A DNA stretch of 64,000 bases from Ramazzottius varieornatus (GCA_001949185.1 BDGG01000001.1:6237591-6301590), one strand, 5' to 3'. Positions 39,444 through 51,666 are shown, counted from the stretch's first letter. Numbers and translations are program-made. The notes: a model not told the origin generated them from the letters alone.

Positions 39444-39755
39444 CGGTAAAGCAGCTGCTACGTTTCTTCCATGTTGTGCTTTACTTGTTGTCTCGGACTG
39501 GTTTGATATCAGCAATCGTTGGAATTGAACGCTTCAGGCAATGTTGCGCGACAGTTCGCTTGGTCAGAGAAAGACGCGATCAAAATGAGTCGTTACGTAA
39601 GATGCATTCTTCACAAACTCACACTGCTGTACGGCTTTCATAGTTTTGCCAGAAATGGTGCTTTGTGTTTGACAGGATAAGTTTGTTCAGAAACCGCACA
39701 CAACGATTACTGCGGTTATTCGTCCTCGAAGGCGGAAGTGAATCAAGAGCGGACG

Positions 39756-41370
39756 ATGGCTCAATCAACCGACACCTCCGATTTCTCGCCATGGGAATAC
39801 TGGAAGCACCTTTTCGGTGGATCCAGTTTCGCTAGTACTGATACATGGACTAGTTTGCAGACTTTCGTGAAATCGGATCAGTTTTTGAAAGCTCTGGCAA
39901 CTGGAACAGGAGTTGCCCTGCTCGGAGGAGCGATCGTCGTTGGATGGTATCTGTACACGCCGCTGCCTCCAGGGCTGTACCCAGAAGACAGATGGCCACT
40001 TCGAAGGATTCATGCTCGCAATCAGTTCAAATCATTTCTGGTACAACAACATTCCTGCCGTATTTTATCCCAATGATCTTCACATCGAAGAACCGTTGTC
40101 TCTGCAGGTGAAATGGGGCGTCAGGTTGGGTTTCGGCAAGCCCATGGCGCTGCATCGCCGCTTCCGTGACACACCAGTCACATGGCTCAAACCTAACTTA
40201 AATATCTACGCCGAACACCTTGGCTTTGACGGCGTACCGGTTGTTCTCTATCGCAACGACTTGTGGAGTTCTGTTCGAAATTCTGATGGGACCAGAGAAC
40301 TTCGTCCAGCTGTGGTACATGTTTACGGTGGTGGATGGGCATTCTGCACTTCGAGTAAGTAAATCCATTGTCACCAAACCGTATTGAAAGTCTGACAGAA
40401 AAACGTAGAAAATTGTTGCAAGCCCGTCAAATTGGCAGTAAGAGTTCAAGGCAGTATTTAAAGCGCGGTTTACTGTAATGTGAGTGGCAAATTAACCTTA
40501 ATTAGTCTGAACGCCTTGATCAGTTTGAACCCAACCTAACTGTACAATCAGTTTTTCCCTTCGGCAGAAACATATGCGCCACATCACACATATCTGGTTC
40601 AGCAGCTCGACTGTGCTGTCCTCACCATCGACTACCGCAAAGCTCCAGAAAACCCGTTTCCCGCTGGCCACGACGACTGCTATAACGCCATCCGATACTT
40701 CTACGAGAATGCCGAATTGTACGGTGTGGACCCTACTCGCATCAGCGTGTTGGGCGACAGCGCCGGGGCCAACTTGGCAGCTGGTGTTACGTTACGATTA
40801 CGCGACAGTGCCATGTCGATGGCTTTGAAGAACCAAGTGCTCATCTCGCCTTCCACCCAGTTCGTTAACTTCAACACGGACTCGTTCAACGGAGCGTACC
40901 CTTTTCTGAAGAAGGAAGCCATGATTATGTTCGGACTGTTCTTCACAGGGGACAGTCAAAAACTGGCTTCCGGGTTGGCGCAGAATTTTCACGTATCGGA
41001 AGAGATTCTGGACACGGAAGCGTGGAAGATATTGAAGCCGTTTACAAGTCAGTTGGAACATCAGCCTGTGGTTTACTATTCGTTAGAGTCTGAGTACGCA
41101 GGATTCCAGAGAAAGATTATGAACCCTTATCTGTGTCCATTAATGGCAGAAAGCATGCACGATTTACCACAAGCTTTCGTGGTAGCTTGTGAGTTTGACG
41201 TCTTGCGAGCGGATACATTAGCGTACGGTGAACGACTCAAAGCAGATGGCGTGACGGTGAAGGTGGAGACTTTTCCCGGAGTGCATGGTACTTTCCGGTA
41301 CTTTGAAGAACTGCGAGTGGGAAAAGAGCTCATGGCTCACGTCATAGACTTTCTTCGTAAAAATATCTGA
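39756..41370 (+). CDS. Arylacetamide deacetylase/NCEH1-like esterase (HSL family), copy 2
   Basis: TM anchor; HVYGGGW, IDYRKAPENPFPAGHDDC, GDSAGAN, CEFDVLRAD, VHG. Same three-exon layout (introns ~40041-40107 and 40355-40567). Confidence 0.9.
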
Positions 41371-41855
41371 ATACGGAAGACTGGCCGATGACACTCTTAT
41401 CGATAATTTTTTCCAGGTTTATTGAATTAAGCAAAACGAAAACCAACTTGTCCATGCCTAGAATGAATAGTTAAACACTGGATGCTGATGTACAGCAAAG
41501 TAGCTGCATACTGTGAGGTGGGCATACTGGCGGCGGTGAGCTGAAAGAGCTTTTGCACTGCAAAATTAAACATCACTAGATCATAATAATTACAAGCTAT
41601 TCCTCGCAAGATACTGTCTGGGCTCGGCGGTTATAAAGCGTCACTTTCGATTATGGAGCCCCTGCGTTCGGGCTTCGCTTCCGGGTTTTCGCGAAGCTGC
41701 AATGTTGCCGCTGCAACAAAAAATTGCTCGCATGATACAATGTCATTTGAGCGTTGAATTTAATCATCACTATCAAGGCAGTTTTCACAGTCCACGAGAG
41801 CATGATATTCGGGCCACGTTCAGTCACTATCAAACGCGCACCTGTTTGGAGATAA

Positions 41856-42222
41856 TCAAAAGGCCGGATCGGCACTTCGACCGTACCTGGAAACGGTAAT
41901 GTTGTTTAGGTAGGAAGCTAACATATCAAGTTTGTGACGGCTCACACCCAAAAATGAAACATCATATTTGCAATGGGACTTACCTCGGACGAGCCTGATG
42001 GGCGTAGTACTTGTCCAAGACCTGAAGTCGTCTAAGCGTATCAGACAGAGATTTCAGTTGTCCGTAATTGTTGTTCTCCGATTCCGTGTTGAGGCTCGAT
42101 GGATCAGAGCCCACCAGCATCTCCAGTTCGGCCATGGCTGGACGCGCCCTTTTCTGACCCTGGACATGACTGATGGTCACCGCGACCACCACAAGGAGAA
42201 ACCAAGACCACATCGTCGACAT
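41856..42222 (-). CDS. NPF: Neuropeptide F/Y precursor; predicted mature peptide ends YYAHQARPRY-amide
   Basis: Signal peptide MSTMWSWFLLVVVAVTISHVQG; LRRLQVLDKYYAHQARPR. A phase-2 intron (41983-41887) splits the last Arg codon, as is diagnostic for NPF/NPY genes. Exon 2 reads R-Y-G-R-S-A-D-P-A-F-stop. Confidence 0.9.
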
Positions 42223-44214
42223 GACCTTTCCAAGCGGTAACCACAAGAACGAGCAAAGAAACCGATCGCGGAAATTTATAAGTGAAGCAGTACGGAAGAA
42301 GCAAGTGGAAGTAAGGAAAAATTGTCAGAAAAGGAACGTCAAGAAGAAGGAGTTACCAGACCGAAGTAAATCCGGCGACGATTATCTTAAACAGCGATGC
42401 GATCTTGTGATAAGCAGAAGGTCGAGGATAAGAGATTCGAGGATTTTGAGCTGAGAGACTGCACATTAAGAAGGAAAGTGCTCGGATTTTGGACTGATGA
42501 AGCGAAGGACGTACAGGCGGACGTTTATATCTTACAAAGTTAGCGTGGCGGAAGTTATGCGTGAGGTAGTTACCCTATCATCAGCGGTGTGATCATTTAG
42601 TGCACGCACAAACACGTTAATCTCGGTCTTGGAGGCGGAGATTTCCTGAATGCTCGGCTCAAACTTGCCGGAGCATTTTTATCCCAAGGGTGCATTCAAG
42701 AAGAAACATGATCGCTGACAAGGACCAGAACGTCGTTATGACCGTCCACACCCCATGCTATCATCAGCCCTCCCAGTTCTTCCACATTTCTCGGCTCGAG
42801 ACACGTCGCTCGCCCTCACTGATGTAACTGTTTACAGGAAGAGTGACGGTGGCGGATGACCACATGTGTCGACAAAGGAAATGATGGTGGATACAAATAG
42901 ACATCTCATTAATTGGCACAGCTGGTCTTTCCCCCCTATCTCGTCAGTAAATCCATGTTGATTAGTGGCTCGAAGATAAGCACACCGTGCGTCGGTATCA
43001 GTGAACATGCAAATATAGCAAGGCTCGTGTACGTAGTAAAATTTTGGTCCGTAGTGCACTCGAGAGTAGCCTGTACCACCATTTTCTTTTGTCTTTCCTT
43101 TCCTAAACACTCACCTCTCAACTACTCAGCGCGCCCTAGCTTTACAGACACGTAAGAGACATTTCTACTAGAAGAAGTGCCCTTCTACAATACTGAATAA
43201 ATTACGAAATGCTTAAAACCTCAAACACCGGGTGAGAAACTCACTTACCCGGCGCACACTAATGTGTACGTGGCGAGATTACAGTTAACTTTTGCTTCTC
43301 GTTTTTTCCCCTTTGCTTGAAGAATCCACCTTCCCCCAGTCTACTACTAGCAGCCACTCGACAGTTTATCTACAAAACTGAAAGTAAGGGCTGCCCGAAT
43401 ACTTATGGGAGTTAGTGTAAGTGACTGCCAGAAGAGCAGTCTTACCGACATCGGACAGACCCGTTTCCCGTCGGAGCCAGGAAACTTGCGATCTCTGGTC
43501 GTTTATTGTCTCTCTGAGAAACAGACAAGTCTGAGGTCTTTTCTATATGCAGTAAGCCAAACTTCAGTCTGCACCAAGTCTTCTTTGACTCTCTCAACTG
43601 CTGAGCTGAATTACAAAGGTCAATTCTGCAACACCCCTGCTTTTGTTCGCAGTCAGTTGCAAAATGTCCGGTACCATCATAAAGTGCTTGACAAAATCGT
43701 GAAGGGGATCAGTTTGCAAAGTTACAAAAAAAGTACTTCTAAAAACGAAGGTACGTGTATCCTAATACGAATTAACAGCGCATAGACACAACTTTTACGC
43801 CGGCCGACTAAAGTCTTGAAATTTTATGACTCGTTTCCGGATGCTTTATCAACTATCCTATACTTTTCCCGCCTCCGAACACGTAAGGAATAGTCCTGTA
43901 TACCTACGTACAGCAAATCTTTACAGGCCAGGTCGAGGTGCTTCGTTTTTATCATGCCGACATGTTTTCAGAGCCTCTTCTTCCACGTACCGTATGCATC
44001 TGTTTCAGTCATAATAACTTGTTCATCCGCGGACGAAGATGAAAGCAAATTTGCCAAACCGCAGTGAACTTTATTGTCGCCTTCCCCGAGAACACTTTTA
44101 CCGATGCCCGTCGGTTTTCTATCATGTCCAACAGCTCGATTGTTGCATGATCTTTACTCGATCTTTCCGAAAGTTTCGAAGCCCTGATACCGCTGGCTGC
44201 TCTCTGTACTCAAT

Positions 44215-45960
44215 ATGATGTCCACGATGGCGCAGAACAAGAGTCAAGTCAATGTTTCACCCGTATCTGCTGCCGCTAAAAGCATTGTTTTTCTTCGACC
44301 TGGCAGGTATGCTTCGAAAACAGTCGTTCCTCATAGCCAAGAATTCGGTATCTTTTCTGATCAACCTTGTGTCTTAGATGCAGCTTGCGCGTGCGTGATT
44401 CCATACATTTCCATCTACAACCGCTACCTTGGCCTCAGTGCCTCTCAAAATGGCATCATCTTCGGCGGCCTACCGTTTGTTGCCATGTTGTCGAAACCGC
44501 TGACGGGCGCTTTGGCGGACCGAAGCTCTTTCCGACCAGCGAACCTCTCTCGATTCTTTATAGTCATCCAGACCATCGTTCTGTTCGCCGTTTACTTCGT
44601 ACCGCGCAGCGAACTTGCCAGCTTTCCCGCACCATCCACCTGCAGTATTTCGTCCTGTCAGACACTGTTGAGTCAGATCACCGCGACGGGAAACTTCAGC
44701 TGCAATGTCAAGCGTGGAGAAGTCAACTGGACTGTTGAATACGCGCATTTCGTTGACTTGGAACAGCTGAAGACATTGGTCGACGCTGACGGACGGAATG
44801 CGTCTTGCTGTTGTGAAAAGCCTCAATGGGAACCTAACGGGACAAGCCAGAGCGGTCTTTACTGGACTACGCAGTTCTGGCTAACGGCAGTATTGCTGGT
44901 GGTCGGATTTTCTGCAGCTGGAGCCGTCACAACATTGATCGATACAATAGCTTTCGCGCTGGTCGAGATGTCACCATTTCCGACATCCTACGGATCGAAC
45001 CGGGTCTTCGGCTAGATCGGATGGGCGCTCGGCGCCTTGTTAGTTGGTGTACTGCTCAATACTTTCTCTGCAGATTCTTCACTGGATGATAATGACTTCA
45101 CTTCCATGTTTGTTGCCTTCCTGGTGATAGGATGCTTTGCGACCGGATCGACGTTTTTCTTGCCGCCCGTCGAAAATGTAAACGCTCGGAAAGAAACACT
45201 GCCTGTGCAGGTGGTGGATCAGCGAATTCTGTCATTTGACGTGCTGTTATTCTGGTAAGCCAACTTTTAGAATTTTACTGAAGTTTTGAAGTTTTATTGA
45301 GAGGAAAAACAGGTTGTATCAATATTTTTGCAGGACGGGAATTTTCATCATGGGTTTCTTGACCGGCCTCCTCAACGGATACTTTGGCTGGTACCTCACG
45401 GAGTTGGGTGCAAGTAGTCTTCTGGTTGGTGTTGCCGTCTTCTAGCAGTGTGCTTTCGAGAGTATCATGATGGTGCTGTCTGGGTTGGTTATCCGCAAAG
45501 AGGGTTTCCACAACTGCATGGGCGTATGTCTGATGTCGCTCGGCATCAGCTTCCTGGGTTAATACTTCCTTGGGAATACGTGGTATGTTTTGTTTATTGA
45601 AACACTGCATTCCGCCAGTTTCGGCCTGTTTTATGCCGCTGTGACCACCTTTGCTTTCGAGCGAGCGCCTCCCGGTGGCGCCGCCACCCTTCAAGGCCTG
45701 TTCGGTGCTGTGTAAGAAGGATTTGGTGAGCGAAAAGTTGTGATAATTCCGAGGTTGAACAAGTATCTGTAGGTTACAGGCTTTGTTTCGTTATAGGACA
45801 AACCATCGGTGGTGTGGCTGCCGGGTTCATCTACCAGTATTACGGAGGACGAACCACCTGGCTAGCTTATGGGGTATTCGCATTTGTGATAGCGAGGTGC
45901 TACGCCACGGCCAGAGCAATTTCTTTGAGGATGCACCGATCTCGGACCGACGAAAATTGA
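44215..45960 (+). pseudogene. MFSD6-like major facilitator transporter with four premature stops
   Basis: IPYISIYNRYLGLS..NGIIFGGLPFVAMLSKPLTGALADR, LIDTI, YGSNRVFG*IGWALG, WYLTELGASSLLVG, IETLHSASFGLFYAA, ATLQGLFGAV*EGFGQTIGG. Stops at 45013, 45443, 45560 and 45713. Confidence 0.85.
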
Positions 45961-45967
45961 AAACTGG

Positions 45968-46154
45968 TACACGCACGACTGGAAATTATAGGGCCAGGCC
46001 TTTTCGCTACTGCGGTACGGAAGCACGTACGTACGCGACTGATTCACAGCAATTCACTTTTCGACACTTTTCTACGTTTGAATTTCCATTTTGCCGTCTT
46101 TTCCGCCTCGTCCCATAATTTTTTCTGGCCCCATAATTTTCCGTCGTGCGTGTA
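45968..46154. mobile_element. CACGC-family MITE
   Basis: ta-cacgcacgac.ggaaattat ... ataattttccgtcgtgcgtg-ta; homologous to the 56332 and 60334 copies. Confidence 0.85.
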
Positions 46155-46690
46155 AGCTTCACAGTGGCTTCGAGCAAGTGAACACGCGTACTTCGGTCCC
46201 AGTAGGTATTTAGCTCATTTGTCACGCCTATCGGATGCACCGCGTTGTTCTTGTAATTGCGTTCTGTGCCTGTCTTCGGATCTTTCGAGTGAGTGCCTTC
46301 CATTCCCAGTAGAATGTATCCCACCTTCGGATCGCAAAAGCATCGGAAATAGCGGTATAACTTCGATCACGTTCAATGCATTCAGTAGCGTAGCACGCAT
46401 ACCTCGCCCATTTCCGCCAAATCCCCGCCGCGTACCTCGTCTTCTTCAGATTGTCGCAGGTGCAGCCCCGGAATTTTGTTAATCACGAAGAGTAATGCGA
46501 AACTTACGAAGAACGCCCACGCTGCCTGTATACAGGAACAATATACTATGACAGTTCGCGCAAAGAAAGTAGTGCAGGTGGACTTACAATTACAGCAGAA
46601 GCGCCAATTTGGACGTCACGAGCTGCACCCAGTTCCCTTCCACTTATTGCCTCGCTACATCGGTCTATCTAACTGGCCAATCCATCTTTT
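46155..46690 (-). pseudogene. 3' fragment of a MEP/Amt2-type ammonium transporter gene
   Basis: Spliced translation (introns 46587-46526 and 46402-46325): KWIGQLD..VEGNWVQL/VQIGASAVI|AAWAFFVSFALLFVINKIPGLHLRQSEEDEVRGGDLAEMGE|VGY. This matches TM11 plus the conserved LR...E..G.D..E.GE..Y Amt/Mep tail. Frameshifts and a stop in the first exon. Confidence 0.8.
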
Positions 46691-47849
46691 TCGTCCGGGC
46701 ATCTTGTTCACTTCACGATTCTAGTTTTAGGTCCATCTTTGACATTTTAGTCTTCCGAATTTGGATTATCGTCTCAGCCTATCAGTTATCTTTTAATACA
46801 TGTTAGTTTTCCGTCTCGGCTTTACTATTCCAGCATTTGACATTTCAGTTTTCTTCCCAGATTTACGCTAGATTTAGTCCCGGGACTAAAACTGTAGGTG
46901 ACGGCTTTACTCGCCACCCATACCACCGATGGGCTCGTCTCACCACCGGTTTTAATTGACACACCGCCGATGGGCTCATCTCATCACGTCTAATTAATTC
47001 TCTAGTGAGATAAAATCTGTCGAGATTAACCAGGAAATTACTAGTTGACCCCCAGTATACCACAATCGTCAAAGTGATTTTTGCGGACCTGAATACGAAC
47101 CTGTGATGAATACCGAGCGCCATAACACGCGAACCATCAGGTGCGGAAGTATAACTTGCCCCTGTTCGAGGGAACACATTTGAATTGTTTTTGCTACTTT
47201 AATTTGTCTCTCGTCTTCGCTCTCCTCCTTCACTGAATTTGATGTCCATCAGTACTCGTCTTTTCACTGCAAAAAAAATCAGGTCTGTGCGTTGATCACA
47301 GGAGGGAAAAACTTGGGTGCAAAACAGAGGTGGATGTGTTTTGTCGCTGTTTTTTCGGTACTGGCCTCATCAACTTCGAAGCGAGTCAGGTGGTCCTGTA
47401 GAATCGGGGTCGTGAATGGTAGTACAGTGTACCAAAAAATTAACCGTCGATAATGGGCGTGATCTGTACTGGAACTTGATTATCGTACAACCAACAACAA
47501 CACCGGTTTTTTGTCCCACCCTGTTCCAAACGGGTAAAACCGGCCATATAGTGCAGCCAATCAGGCAACCGCGAACAGGTAACACACCGATACACCCACC
47601 CTACGCTTGTGAGTCAGCACGATGGTCTGCCTATTGCCTTACGGTGCCGATATGCCCCCAGCCGCCTGCAGGTAAGTATCCCACCGCCTTCCACACTTCG
47701 TTTAGCATCTGCCCGCTATGTTTTTCATACCAAGACCGATATAATTTATTTAATTTATATTAATAACTACGACTAGGTATTTTTTTTGAGTCCGTCTTTT
47801 CAGGCAAAAGCTACTGATCCAAACCGTCCGAAATTTTGCAGAAAATTTG

Positions 47850-48216
47850 TGGGATCTATATATGCTGGGAGTACTTTGGAAATCGACATGGAAACTGTGA
47901 CGTCATAAGGTCGGGTCACGGAGAGCAAAGTGGGATTTACAGGGCAACAACAAGGATCGAACTCAATATGGGATAATATGGCGGCGTGCCGTCCAGCGAT
48001 CCCACATTGATTTCCCAGCATCTTGCGACCACATTGGTTGCTTTATCATCCCATATTGACTTTTCAACCCCATGTTTGTTTTCACACGTTATCCCATATT
48101 GAGTTCGACCCATATTGTTGCCCTGTAAACCCCACTCTGCTCTCGGTGACCCGACCTTATGACGTCAAAGTCTCCATATTGATTTTCAAAGAACTCCTAG
48201 GTTATATTGATCCCAC
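47850..48216. repeat. Inverted repeat (~127-bp arms), probable foldback/MITE
   Basis: 47850-47976 is approximately the reverse complement of 48089-48216, explaining the similar SHIEFDP.CCPVNPTLLSVTRPYDV ORFs on opposite strands. Confidence 0.8.
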
Positions 48217-49092
48217 ATTAAAACCCTAATAATCCCATCCGAATTGACCACGCCCATTTCATTAAGACATTAATCCCCCACTGGAACCATTTTGAGAGCC
48301 GCATCCAATTCTCCCACATTGAAACAAGGGTACAGCCAGTACAAAGTGCCGCCACCTGTCGCTCATGACGTCATCAGTCCCACACTGGATAACAAGGTCT
48401 GGTCTTGCAGCAGCGTCCAACATTGGATCCACGGTCTCGAACCATTTGAACCTTCAGCTTGTTGAACCATTCTCAATTGTTCTAAGTTATTCTGAAGTAT
48501 CTAGCTTGATTGTCTTGTTATATTTTCGTCGGTTGTTGTCGGCCGTTCTCGCTTAGGTCATTCCCGAGCAAGATTCTCAGGTGTACTTCTGGTGACATCC
48601 ACTGCTGTCGGAATTTTTCTACCAACTAATTTTTCTACCGAAGTAAAACCCAAAAAAATTGTAAATATATTTTACTCTAGAGCATAACTGGATACAACGC
48701 TGCAGCTTGGAGATCAATCTATCTTGACTCAGTTTTTTTTCGTCATCTCCTTAAAGATTACTGGTTAAAAATCTGCTCATGAAACGCTGGAACCGAATTA
48801 GACGAAAGAAGTGAAGACCACAATAACGTTCGCAGATTTCGAAGCGGCTACTGGAAATTATTTGCTAGTTTCCCTTGAAATACCGTAGTAGTGTTGTTAA
48901 ATCAACTAAAACAAGGAATGTCCTGACGATAACCAAAGGAACGAGCAAAAACGCAGATCGCAGAAATTTATGATTAGCTCTGTACGGGGAAAGCAACTGT
49001 GGTTAAGCGGAAGCTCCTGAAAAAAGGAACGTCAAGTAGAAGGAATTAGATCGCGTACGGTGCCCTATCAAGAAATTCCCAGCGGTGTGTCG

Positions 49093-49273
49093 TACTGAGG
49101 CGAAGTATTTTCCATTTTATACTTCGCCTCAGCTCCTACATTCGCGGGGGGCTTTTAACGACTCAGCCGGAGCTGATACGAAGCTTAGTCGAAACTCAGT
49201 CGAAGTTCAGTCGTTGTTTTATTCAGAGCTCAGACGAAGCTTCCGAACAGCTGCCAGCCGAAGCTGAGGCGAA
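49093..49273. repeat. Nested palindromes / MITE remnant
   Basis: ctgaggcgaagta...tacttcgcctcag hairpin plus ttcgcctcagct...agctgaggcgaa. Confidence 0.55.
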
Positions 49274-51503
49274 ATTCTGCTTAGACAACAGCGTAAAAAA
49301 GTTTCGGTTTCGAAAAAAATCCAAGCGAAAGCAACCCTAGTTTCTGGAAAAATAGAACACAGCAATTTCAAGACAGGACACTGAAATCAACAAACCAAAA
49401 TCAAGCTCAAAGGATACCAGACGTCCAGGGAAACAGTGTCGCGTCGACAAAAGAAACACTTAAGAAAACACGGGAACGTTCTGCAGTTCAGCGAAGGGAT
49501 ACTCGTTGGCTCCGACGACGCTGACGGTGTTCCAGTCTTTATTAGATGTTTCCATGTGCCAAATACGCGACCTAGAACAAGCCTGTCGTTGAGCGAAGAT
49601 CGTCTCATCATCAGGGGACTGGGAGCATCAGGCATTGACTTACCCGTGAGTCAGGTTGGGAGTTCCCTTTCCGGTTTTCTACACATCCTCCATCCATCCC
49701 CAAAGCACCCTGTAGAAACAAAGACGAAACGGTTTAGCTGTTAACAAGATAAACAGGATAGACTGCCACGTTCAACCAAGAAAACGATCCGGGTCGAAGC
49801 TTTGTCGGGTTGACAGGCTGTGTTGATCTGGGCACGGCCTTGTCCTGCACACATGTGTGCGGCCAAGGCTGTGCCGCTGTTGATCACTCTAGACAATCAA
49901 CAATCAGCCAAACGAAATTTCCGAAAAGACATAAAGCAGATCTCACCTCTTCCTCCCACTCCTAATTACGGTTCACCGGGAGCTTGTGAGAGTTGCCTGA
50001 TTAAGGATAACCAGGAGGCGGGAACAGAGCTTTGTGGTGGGTAGTAAACCACGTATCACTTCCTCAAGGCCTGCAAGAGAAAAATTCTAGGTGACGCACC
50101 AGCCCATGTTGAGACTGTCCATTTTGCGCGAGTTCGGCGAGTTGATCAAAGCCGTTGCCGCAGCGGAAAGATGTCCTTCCTACCTGGATTCGGCTAACTC
50201 CACCGACATAGAACGCCCAAAAGATGCGGAAAGGGAACTCCCCTCTCACCTGCAGTGACGATGCAGAACCTGAAGCGGCAGACGTTCAGCTGGCAGCTTC
50301 AATGTCGAAAGAAGAATGGCCGGCCGTTGTAGACTTACCTTGGGTGAATCCAGAACACGCTTCACTAACAACGCTCTCCCAGCTGGATTACTCTCCATTA
50401 GCAAACAGGCCAGTAAACCTGCCCATCAACATGAGCACAGAACCACATTGATATGCAAAAGCTGAAACGTTTTAGAAGGATTACTTCAAAAGAGCGAGAT
50501 AAAGCGACCGTTAAATCGAAGAAAATGAAATTGCTTTTCGAGTTGAAATTCGTTCAACTCGCGCGGTGAGTTGATTGCCCAGCTTGATTGATCATCCACT
50601 GCGTTCAATCAAGCCATAACTCATTGATTGGAGCCAGTTCGCCCCAGCTTCGCCGCGTATTATCGTGACAGTGACCAGTCGGAGCTGGCTCGCAGTAGAA
50701 TGATGGATTTCAGACTTTCTGGGTAGGGGTGAGGTGACGATGTCACTAAGTTCTTCGACCAAGACACTAAAAGTTCCTTGACGTCACAAAACGACACTAA
50801 TTTTAGTGTTCAGGTTAGCGTCACGGCATTAAACGATCAAATTAACATCACCTACTTTCGATGTTCGTCCTTAGCTTCCTGGAGATCTTTTTTGTACCTG
50901 TGTGGTATCAAAATATAGGGAATACATTTTTATATCAGTAGATACATAGCAGATAATGCGAAAGCGTGTCTCTGTCATCCACCATTAAATTTGGCAAGAG
51001 CGGGTGAGAACCTGGAAAAAATCGACATTTCTCCGTTCCGCAGCTGAAACTATGCCACTTTGGCGAGTGACGTCGCTCAGCAGATGCTTTTCACCCCCTT
51101 CCGTCGTATTTAACTTTGAATCCTAGAGACACATTTATTATACTCGGTGTCAAATCGATAGGAAATTGAATCGCCTACATTTGAATACCTAGCAGGTCTG
51201 AAACAGAACGCCAGGAAGCAAGTGATGACCATTGTAAGTGCATGACGTTAAATTGGTCATTTATAGACATCCGGCAACGGAGCGAATTTTCGTGTTATGG
51301 CGTTATCGGGCTGCCGCCTTTCACCCTCGTTGTCGACGATGTCGATGTCACTCCTTGAACTTTTTGGCGGTGTCTTGGTCGAAGCTAAGGACAGGCTCGC
51401 CGCACACGATCTAATGACGTGCGGCGGAAGTCGGCGACGAAAGAGTAACGATCAAGTCGGGCGACTCGCAACCGTTTGAAAACTTTGGCGCCGATGGGAG
51501 GTA

Positions 51504-51666
51504 GGCTCGACGAAGCCAAAATAAACCGTTTTAGCCGTTCTCAGCCGCGGCTAAAATATATTGTGCGTTCGATTAATTTATTGATGTTAAGTCGGCTAAA
51601 AGCATTTTAGCCGTTTTAGCCGAGGTTAAGAGCGGCTAAACGGTTTATTTTAGCTTAGGCGAGCCT
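51504..51666. mobile_element. Palindromic MITE
   Basis: aggctcg.c.aagc.aaaataaaccgttt(t)agccg ... cggctaaacggtttattttagcttaggcgagcct. Confidence 0.75.

Noticed and set aside
45013-45715. Alternative genetic code or systematic stop readthrough
   Set aside because: Neighbouring intact genes end in TAA, TAG and TGA, and the four stops fall where different amino acids are expected.
46007-46154. Recurrent peptides such as HARREIMGP and WSHNFPSCV as a protein family
   Set aside because: They are translations of MITE copies (45968, 56332, 60334).
47800-48229. Two paralogous small Cys-containing proteins on opposite strands
   Set aside because: They are the two arms of an inverted repeat.
49400-50450. 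Possible 5' part of the ammonium transporter fragment
   Set aside because: Minus-strand splice signals exist but no Amt motifs (e.g. DFAGG, WFGW.GFN) were seen.
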